This document shows, one piece after another, positions 1 through 6,562 of a stretch of DNA of 24,000 nucleotides. The position numbers and the translations under genes are program-made. The stretch spans positions 41,169 through 65,168 of the forward strand of contig NZ_BJYM01000013.1 of the NCBI RefSeq assembly GCF_007991515.1, in the 5' to 3' direction. This stretch comes from Oceanobacillus sojae. GTDB taxonomy: Bacteria > Bacillota > Bacilli > Bacillales > Amphibacillaceae. Below the pieces are notes generated by a model. It had not been told where the DNA came from. It did no database searches and saw only the letters and a list, made by a program, of their open reading frames with translations. Position 1 is the stretch's first letter. Every line of letters begins with the position of its first letter.

Positions 1-830
1 GAGATATCAATATCAACATCATAAAGATTTCGGACAGAATCTAGAATACCATCTACTTTCTTCACCAGCAGGTCCATCACTTCATTCGTCTGCGCACGTA
101 AATCTAAACTGAACGATGCATTTCCCGGAATAATATTAGAGCTCTTAGCACCTGCCTGAAATTTCGTCATTTTCGCTGAATGCGGGACTCTTGGGTCCAT
201 ATGGATCTGCCCCAGCATATTGACAATCTGCATGCCGACTTCAATCGCATTATCATTCAAATGCGGGCGTGCGCCATGTGCATCTTCTCCTTTAATGACC
301 GCTTCATATGTTTTCGTTGCACCATGAACAATAACTGGAGCAGCCTGTCCTGCAGCGGCTTCCTGCTTAGGTCTGAGATGAACGCCAAACAGGTAATCCA
401 CGTCTTCTACAACCTTCTCCTCTACCATTTTCAGCGCACCGCCGCCTGCTTCTTCAGCAGGCTGATAAATAAACTTAATTGCAACTTTATCCTGGATCCC
501 CGGGATTTGCTGTAATGTCCATAGCACACCTAATACAATTGACATATGTGCATCATGCCCACAGGAATGGTTTGGCTGAAATTTCCCGTTCACTTCCTGC
601 CATAATGCATCCATATCTGCACGGACACCTATTACTGGCAAACCTTCATCAAAATTTCCAAGCTTTCCAATGACGCCGGTGTGGTCTGGAAAGGTAATTG
701 TTTCACAGCCTGCTTCTTCTAATCTTTCTTTTATATATTTGGTAGTCTCTACTTCTTCCCAGCTGATTTCTGCATGTGTATGCAGGTACTGAAAAGTTTC
801 TAACACGCTTTTTTCTATGTTTTCTCCCAT
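1..830 (-). CDS. M20D-family metal-dependent amidohydrolase (AmhX / N-acyl-amino-acid amidohydrolase-like), 5' part only; the 3' end lies beyond the window edge
   Basis: Hand translation of the minus strand from the ATG at 830..828 gives MGENIEKSVLETFQYLHTHAEISWEEVETTKYIKERLEEAGC...VIGVRADMDALWQEV...HSCGHDAHMSIVLG...YQPAEEAGGGA...GEDAHGARPHL. These are typical M20D motifs (RADMDAL, HxCGHDxH, PAEE). A GGAAG Shine-Dalgarno lies upstream. The ORF is missing from the track because it stays open to the window edge. The + strand ORFs 180..515 and 479..673 are antisense to it. Confidence 0.85.
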   Translation of the reverse strand, partial: MGENIEKSVLETFQYLHTHAEISWEEVETTKYIKERLEEAGCETITFPDHTGVIGKLGNFDEGLPVIGVRADMDALWQEVNGKFQPNHSCGHDAHMSIVLGVLWTLQQIPGIQDKVAIKFIYQPAEEAGGGALKMVEEKVVEDVDYLFGVHLRPKQEAAAGQAAPVIVHGATKTYEAVIKGEDAHGARPHLNDNAIEVGMQIVNMLGQIHMDPRVPHSAKMTKFQAGAKSSNIIPGNASFSLDLRAQTNEVMDLLVKKVDGILDSVRNLYDVDIDI

Positions 831-1089
831 TTGTCTTCCCATCCTTCTTGGTATTGAAAGTAAATAAATTACATTTTTTAAGTATTCTTATTATTTCGTA
901 TTGATTTGAAGTATAAACGCTACTATAGGCAATTTCAAGTTATTGAAATTCCAAAGAGAGTGCTTTTATCGTACAAATCTTGATGGGGAATTACTTTTTG
1001 GTAAAGGGAAAGCAGTTATAAAAAGAAACTTTCTTCCTTGAGGACTCATTATAATGGATAAAACATCCTTGTTGTTGCAGTCATAGATC

Positions 1090-1130
1090 AAAAAAAAGCA
1101 AAGTCAGGATGAAGAAAAATCCTGACTTTG
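1090..1130 (-). terminator. Rho-independent terminator downstream of the binding-protein gene
   Basis: Perfect 12-bp stem CAAAGTCAGGAT (1099..1110) / ATCCTGACTTTG (1119..1130) with an 8-nt loop. An A8 run at 1090..1097 gives a U-tract on the minus-strand transcript. It starts 13 nt after the stop codon at 1143. Confidence 0.8.
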
Positions 1131-1142
1131 CCTCTTTTTATA

Positions 1143-2945
1143 TTACTCTGATAAACCTTCTTGTAACAGGCTCTGCGCCTGCTCAGGATCTGCTTTCAGC
1201 TCCAGCCCGGTATCTACTAATGAACTAAGAGTAGAAACAGCCGGTAATTTATTGCCTTCATAGAAGGAGATAAATTCTTCCTGATTAATAGAATATAGTA
1301 CCGCTTGGCGTAATGCTACATTATCAGCAAGCTCGCTATCTTCCAAATTAAAGCTCAGATAGGAAACACCATTACTCTCGTTTTGCTGTAAGGTTAAACT
1401 ATCATCCTCTTCCACTGTGTCATAACGGTTTTCAGCCACACCATTCAGGATGTGAATCTCATTATTACGGAGCGCAGATAATGCACTTTCCGGGTCCTGA
1501 ATGAATTTCACTACTACTTCGCTGATTTTAGGCTCATATTCTGATCCAGGCATATACCCGGGATTCTTCACGAAATCTGCTTCATAGTCATTTTTAGAAA
1601 CCATAATGTACGGTCCACTTGCATAAAGCGTGTTTTCTTCATTACTATCTTCCAGCACAGTCCGCTGGTCACCATAAGCAACATCTTCATTGACATCATA
1701 GTCTTCTACATCAAACGTATTGATGCTTTCCACCTGATCCTTTGATACAATACCGGCTGACTGATGTGCAAGATAGTTTAGTACCTGCGGGAACGGATCT
1801 GCTGTTGTAATTTTTACAACCTGATAGGTTCCTGCATCATTATCCGCCTCTGTTTTATCCGTCGTTAATGAATCAATCTCTGTATCAAGTCCTTCTTCTA
1901 AAGCCTGTTTAATTGTATTTCCGTCTATGGAAGCAGTATCCTCTAATTCAGAAAGATCATCTACAATTTCAATCGTTTCCATACTTTCATGCAGACTGTA
2001 AGTACGATGATCCGGAACAGAATTTGGATCTTTCGCCCGTTCTAAACTGAATTGAACATCCTCTGCACCTACACGGTCACCTGTATCAACTGCTGTATCG
2101 CCGTCTACCTCTGCAAAATTAATATCGTCACGAAGTAAGAAATAAAAATCCTGGCTGCCATCCGCAATCACGTGATTTAAAGAAAGCGAACCATCGGAAA
2201 CGACCTCATCATCATCTGTTAAATTGACTAAACGAACATACATATTTGTATTTAACGTATTAATAGAACCGTCATTTCCTTTAATTGGATCTAATGAAGT
2301 TAAATCACTAATTGCCTGGTGAACAAGTAAAGGCTCACTATCACGTAAGGATGTATCATTATAGTCTACATTTTCCCATACTGCCGCACGTGATTTTGGC
2401 AGACGGACTGTTTCTTCATTAATAATATCGTGATTTACACCCTGCGCTTTTAAAGAAATATAAAGCGGTGCAATATACGCCTGATCAAAAACAATTTGTT
2501 CCTCTAATTCTTTATATGTTTCTTCATATTCGCCCGGTAATTCGGTACTTGCTTTATCTACAAGCTCATCTGCTTTTTCATCTGCGAATAACGAATTATC
2601 ACCATCTGAGGTGAACAGAGAACGGACAGCATAATCCGGGTTTCCAGTAACTGTTGTCCAGCTGTTCAGGGCAATATCATAATTCCCTGCATCACGCTGT
2701 GTTGTAAAGCTGCCGTAATCCGGCTGAATATTTAATTCTACGTTAAAGCCTGTATTTGTTAATTGATCACGCAGAATATTTACGTCATTTTCCTGCGTAC
2801 TTGTTGCTAATATCTCAATTGTCGGCTGGTCTGCATCTGCACCACCACCGCCTGAACCTTCTTCCTGAACATCAGATTCTGTACTCACACACCCTGCTAA
2901 CAGCAGAGCAAGTACGAGTAAAAAAGATAAACTCCATTTCTTCAT
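1143..2945 (-). CDS. ABC transporter substrate-binding lipoprotein, peptide/nickel family 5 (Opp/Dpp-type), with non-canonical (apparently circularly permuted) block order
   Basis: 600-aa ORF. Signal peptide with lipobox LLAGC followed by a Gly/acidic linker. Family-5 SBP motifs are present (SLDP...Y.RLV, FLLRDDINF...GAEDVQFSLERAKDP, SGPY, YLSFN...ALRQAV.YSIN, DPEQAQSLLQEG) but in an unusual order (see findings). RBS AAGGGGGA lies 9 nt upstream of the ATG. Confidence 0.9.
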   Translation of the reverse strand: MKKWSLSFLLVLALLLAGCVSTESDVQEEGSGGGGADADQPTIEILATSTQENDVNILRDQLTNTGFNVELNIQPDYGSFTTQRDAGNYDIALNSWTTVTGNPDYAVRSLFTSDGDNSLFADEKADELVDKASTELPGEYEETYKELEEQIVFDQAYIAPLYISLKAQGVNHDIINEETVRLPKSRAAVWENVDYNDTSLRDSEPLLVHQAISDLTSLDPIKGNDGSINTLNTNMYVRLVNLTDDDEVVSDGSLSLNHVIADGSQDFYFLLRDDINFAEVDGDTAVDTGDRVGAEDVQFSLERAKDPNSVPDHRTYSLHESMETIEIVDDLSELEDTASIDGNTIKQALEEGLDTEIDSLTTDKTEADNDAGTYQVVKITTADPFPQVLNYLAHQSAGIVSKDQVESINTFDVEDYDVNEDVAYGDQRTVLEDSNEENTLYASGPYIMVSKNDYEADFVKNPGYMPGSEYEPKISEVVVKFIQDPESALSALRNNEIHILNGVAENRYDTVEEDDSLTLQQNESNGVSYLSFNLEDSELADNVALRQAVLYSINQEEFISFYEGNKLPAVSTLSSLVDTGLELKADPEQAQSLLQEGLSE

Positions 2946-2970
2946 TTTCTGTATTCCCCCTTATAAGTGT

Positions 2971-3252
2971 GTGTTCAAAAAGTCCGATAAATAGAACCAA
3001 AAAGTTCAAGGCGGCTAGCGTTTCCGAACGGACTTCCACAGGATGTGGTGACTTCTGTATTGTCCACAGGACGTGGACGGTCTTAACAGAAGTTCCTCCA
3101 TGCTCTTATATACGTGAGTAACGCTTTTGGTGGGGCGAGTAATCGCAAATGTTTTCGATGGGACGAGTAATCGCAGTCCCAGTCCCATCGGAAAAAGCTC
3201 GTCAACGCAGAAATTCGCCGTGTCATCTTTATTGGACTTTTTGAATATCCTC
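2971..3252. mobile_element. MITE-like non-coding repeat, long copy (copy A), between the permease and binding-protein genes
   Basis: Terminal inverted repeats: TTCAAAAAGTCCGATAAA (from 2974) versus the reverse complement of TTTATTGGACTTTTTGAA (ending 3245), 17/18 matched. It shares ordered blocks with the copy at 17945..18096: TCAAGGCG, CGAACGGA, ATACGTGAGTA, CGTCAACGCAGA(A/G)ATTCGCCG and GACTTTTTGAA(T/C)ATCCTC. It is flanked by similar AT-rich 9-mers TATAAGTGT (2962..2970) and TATAATGTA (3253..3261). No credible ORF. Confidence 0.6.
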
Positions 3253-3264
3253 TATAATGTAAAA

Positions 3265-4758
3265 TTAATTTATTTTTGGATCTAACGCATCACGCAGGCC
3301 ATCCCCTAAAAAATTAAAGGCTAAAACCAGCAAAATAATCGCTATCCCCGGAAAAATCGCTAAATATGGTTCGGTTTCTAAATAAGCACTCCCGATTCGG
3401 AGGACATTCCCCCACTCTGGAACATGAGGCTCTACACCGAGTCCCAAAAAGCTTAAACTGCTTGTTGCAATAACTGCTCCGCCGATTGTTAAGGTAGCTT
3501 TGACAATCATCGGAGCAAAAGCATTTGGAATAGCATGCTTGGTCAGGATCTTCCAATCCGATTCTCCCAATGCTTTGGCTGCTTCAATATATTCTAAATT
3601 CGATACCATTAAAATATTGGCCCGCATCGTTCTTGCATAAATCGGAATCGACCCGATACTTAAGGCAATAATCAAATTGATCGTACTGGATCCAAATGCT
3701 GCGATAATAGCAATAGCCAATAAAATCCCCGGAATGGCATACAAAGCATCCATCACACGCATAATCACCTGATCGGTAGCTTTATAATAATAGCCTGCCA
3801 GCGCCCCCAGTAACCCGCCGATAATCATTGGAATAATCGTTGTCAATAAACCAATGACCAGGGAAATCCTTGCTCCAAAAATAATTCTGGAAAATACGTC
3901 ACGGCCGAAGTTATCCGTTCCGAAGGGGTGCACGAAGCTCGGCTCCTGCAGCAGGGAGCTGTAATCATTTGCCGTTGCAAAGCTGGTTACAAACGTACCA
4001 AAGCTGGTAATGGATATTGAAAAGGTAAAGATAACAAATAATAAACCAATCATTGCTGTAAAGCTTTTACCCAGCTTTATCCAGAAAAACTGCCATTTAT
4101 CAATCACGGACTGGTCTTTCTTAGAGATTTTTAACAGGATACTGTAAGCAAGAATAAATCGGAATATATTTCCTGTTAAAGTGGCAATAAATAAAAACAC
4201 TGCTAGCAATCGCAATGACTTTTTCCCGGCCAATGAGGTATCATATTGCCGATGAAAGAAAATTACCAAAGCTATATCAATAATTAATAATGCCAGTAAA
4301 ATACCCATAGATAACATGAAATTATTAGATACATAGGCTTTAAATAAATTCAATGATGTAACCGCGATAATAAGAAAATCTGTAATGAGCATATAATATG
4401 CAAATGTATATTCAATAGATGTGTTCTTCTTTAAAAGCCGAAAGGCAAATGTTGCTGTAAAAACATTTCCGCAGGCTAACGACAGAACCTGTACTGCAGC
4501 CAGCATACGTGTACGATTCCCGATTTCTCCTGTTTTCAATAAATCTTTACGTAATAAAAGCACGATAAAAAGCTGATATAAGCTGTTTATCAAAAAGATA
4601 ACAGTAAAAATGCTGAAAACGGTGTGAAATGTATTCGTGCCAAAATCATAGCTATTGAATAAAAAAATCAACGTTAATACGAGCGATATAACAAATGCAA
4701 AGTGACCGTGCTTATACAGATCGGATCGCTTTAAAGACTGTAGATTAGCATGATTCAT
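3265..4758 (-). CDS. ABC transporter permease, OppC/DppC-type, with an extra N-terminal membrane domain of about 215 aa
   Basis: 497-aa ORF. The C-terminal ~280 aa carry the canonical OppC/DppC signature (HPFGTDNFGRDVFSRIIFGARISL, EAAKALGESDWKILTKHAIPN). The N-terminal ~215 aa are about 6 additional hydrophobic helices. RBS GGAGGGTGAGAGG lies upstream. Confidence 0.88.
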   Translation of the reverse strand: MNHANLQSLKRSDLYKHGHFAFVISLVLTLIFLFNSYDFGTNTFHTVFSIFTVIFLINSLYQLFIVLLLRKDLLKTGEIGNRTRMLAAVQVLSLACGNVFTATFAFRLLKKNTSIEYTFAYYMLITDFLIIAVTSLNLFKAYVSNNFMLSMGILLALLIIDIALVIFFHRQYDTSLAGKKSLRLLAVFLFIATLTGNIFRFILAYSILLKISKKDQSVIDKWQFFWIKLGKSFTAMIGLLFVIFTFSISITSFGTFVTSFATANDYSSLLQEPSFVHPFGTDNFGRDVFSRIIFGARISLVIGLLTTIIPMIIGGLLGALAGYYYKATDQVIMRVMDALYAIPGILLAIAIIAAFGSSTINLIIALSIGSIPIYARTMRANILMVSNLEYIEAAKALGESDWKILTKHAIPNAFAPMIVKATLTIGGAVIATSSLSFLGLGVEPHVPEWGNVLRIGSAYLETEPYLAIFPGIAIILLVLAFNFLGDGLRDALDPKIN

Positions 4759-4775
4759 GTAAGCCTCTCACCCTC

Positions 4776-6188
4776 CTAACTATTCTTCATTTGCGAACGG
4801 ATACGCGGATTCAGCATCGCATAAACAAGATCTACAATTAAATTAACAATTGAAATGGTAATAGCGATATAAACGACACCTGCCAAAATTGCCGGTGTGT
4901 CGGGAATAAATTGTTTATCTACAATATAGCTTCCTAAACCGCTGATATTAAAAACTTTTTCCGTTACGGCAGCTCCGCCGAGCATACCGCCAAACTGCAG
5001 CCCGATAACCGTTAAAATAGGAATCCAGGCATTTCTCAGCGCATGACCAATAAATGTCTCTCTTCCAGTCAGCCCTTTGGCTTTTGCAGTAATCATATAA
5101 TCCTCATTCATGACCTCCAGCATAGATGAGCGTGTCATTCTGGCAATCGCTGCAGCCAGCCCTGTTCCTAGTACCACAATTGGCATAATCAACGATAAAA
5201 AGTTTCCTGGTGAATAACTCGACGGCAGGAGATCTCCCTGAATCGAAAAGGTAAGAATGAAAATAAGACCTTGCCAAAAGCTCGGGATAGACAAGCCAAT
5301 CAAGGCAATGAACATAAACGTATAATCCCAAAAAGAATTAACACGTGCTGCCGAAATCATCCCTACCGGCACAGCGATAATAACTGCCAGAATAAGAGAA
5401 GAAATCGCTAAAATCAGTGTCACAGGAAAACGATTTGAAATACTATTCATAATCACTTCATTGCCTGTATAAGAATGCCCTAAATCAAACGTCAGAATGC
5501 CGCTTAACGCATGCCATAACTGAACGAAATAAGACTGATCCAGGCCATACTGAATATTAAAAGCATCACGCTGCGCCTGTGTAGCAGACTCACCCAATAT
5601 ATTGGCAGCTGCATCAGACGGCGAAATATACAGAATGGTAAATACAATCACGATAACAGAAATAATTACAAAGAACGTCATAACGACCCGTTCAAATACA
5701 AAACGCCGAAAAGCACCTTGATAAATAAAGTACATACTGTAAGCTAAAATTCCAGGAATAAATGTAGGTATGAGGAAACGCTTATCCAGCAAAAGACCAT
5801 GGAAAAATTCCATATAGTTCATCGGCTTTCTTGTCTCTAATCCCAGTTCTTCCTCCACAATTGCTTCGGAGCGCTTCTTGAGCTGCTGCTGAACAAATTT
5901 TTCTTTTTCTGTCTCTTTTATCGGGCGCTGGAAGTATGCCTGCTTTTTATCATATTGCTTTTCATAATCACTTTTTAAAGCTGCATATGCTTCTGATTGT
6001 ATAAAAGTATGCATTTTTTCCTTAAACAAAGCATCATATGTATTAGACTTTCTTTTACTGAAATAGATACAGAGAGCAATAATATGAATTGGAAACCCGA
6101 TTAAAAATTGAATCCACCTCAGGAAAACCTGACGATAAACAATCAAAAACCCGCGGGATAACACATTCTCGGATGATGAATTTTGCAA
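4776..6188 (-). CDS. ABC transporter permease, OppB/DppB-type, with an N-terminal extension of about 155 aa
   Basis: 470-aa ORF starting at TTG (CAA on + at 6186..6188). From about residue 160 it matches the OppB/DppB layout (FVFERVVMTFFVI...ISPSD...LGLDQSY..., MITAKAKGL...HALRNA). The extension has two hydrophobic helices separated by a long Lys/Glu-rich segment. The start codon assignment is uncertain because the GGGAG is 11 nt upstream. Confidence 0.85.
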   Translation of the reverse strand: MQNSSSENVLSRGFLIVYRQVFLRWIQFLIGFPIHIIALCIYFSKRKSNTYDALFKEKMHTFIQSEAYAALKSDYEKQYDKKQAYFQRPIKETEKEKFVQQQLKKRSEAIVEEELGLETRKPMNYMEFFHGLLLDKRFLIPTFIPGILAYSMYFIYQGAFRRFVFERVVMTFFVIISVIVIVFTILYISPSDAAANILGESATQAQRDAFNIQYGLDQSYFVQLWHALSGILTFDLGHSYTGNEVIMNSISNRFPVTLILAISSLILAVIIAVPVGMISAARVNSFWDYTFMFIALIGLSIPSFWQGLIFILTFSIQGDLLPSSYSPGNFLSLIMPIVVLGTGLAAAIARMTRSSMLEVMNEDYMITAKAKGLTGRETFIGHALRNAWIPILTVIGLQFGGMLGGAAVTEKVFNISGLGSYIVDKQFIPDTPAILAGVVYIAITISIVNLIVDLVYAMLNPRIRSQMKNS

Positions 6189-6562
6189 TAAGTTTCTTAC
6201 TCCCTTCTTAAAATCTTGATAATTCCTACCTTTTTAGTATAGAATATGCTTATTAGGAATTATAGAAAGGAATGATGTAATTGTCAAATTAATTTTACTG
6301 ACTTTGAGTTCCTTACCGTTTTAGATTTCACAGAGTAAGAGTTTACTATATTTTAAAGTCTTAAAATTAATTGTAATAACATTACACACTTCCTGTTATA
6401 TATATGTATATATTCAGAGTCTTGTTTATTCACCCTGAAAAAATTTATTCTTATATATTTTATTGAAATGACAATTTGTCTTACATTTTTATCAGGTTAA
6501 ATGTTCTGCTGCTCTGGTGTACAGGAATATATAATAAGTCAAATATATAATTAAATGGAGAT
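6189..6562. promoter_or_regulatory. AT-rich divergent control region between the permease operon (-) and the ATPase gene (+)
   Basis: 374 bp with no credible ORF, between divergently oriented genes of one transporter. Very AT-rich, with a TATATATATGTATATAT tract and an 8-bp inverted repeat AATTCCTA (6221..6228) / TAGGAATT (6254..6261). I could not assign convincing -35/-10 hexamers. Confidence 0.4.

Noticed and set aside
180-673. Two + strand ORFs from the track (180..515 and 479..673)
   Set aside because: They are antisense to a clearly recognisable M20D amidohydrolase frame on the minus strand. Their translations are Cys/His/Phe-rich low-complexity sequence with no motifs or RBS.
2756-3121. 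121-aa + strand ORF
   Set aside because: Its first part is antisense to the binding-protein gene and the rest runs through the MITE-like repeat. It has no RBS and is a typical read-through artefact.
3132-3175. 16-nt direct repeat GGG(G/A)CGAGTAATCGCA with 28-nt periodicity, considered as a mini CRISPR array
   Set aside because: There are only two copies, they sit inside a TIR-bounded repeat element, there are no cas genes, and the spacing and length are too short. It is an internal module of the element, not a CRISPR.
6397-6416. Alternating TA tract (TTATATATATGTATATATTC) in the divergent control region
   Set aside because: It is simple AT-rich low complexity, as expected in a promoter region of a low-GC genome. 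There is no evidence for a specific function.
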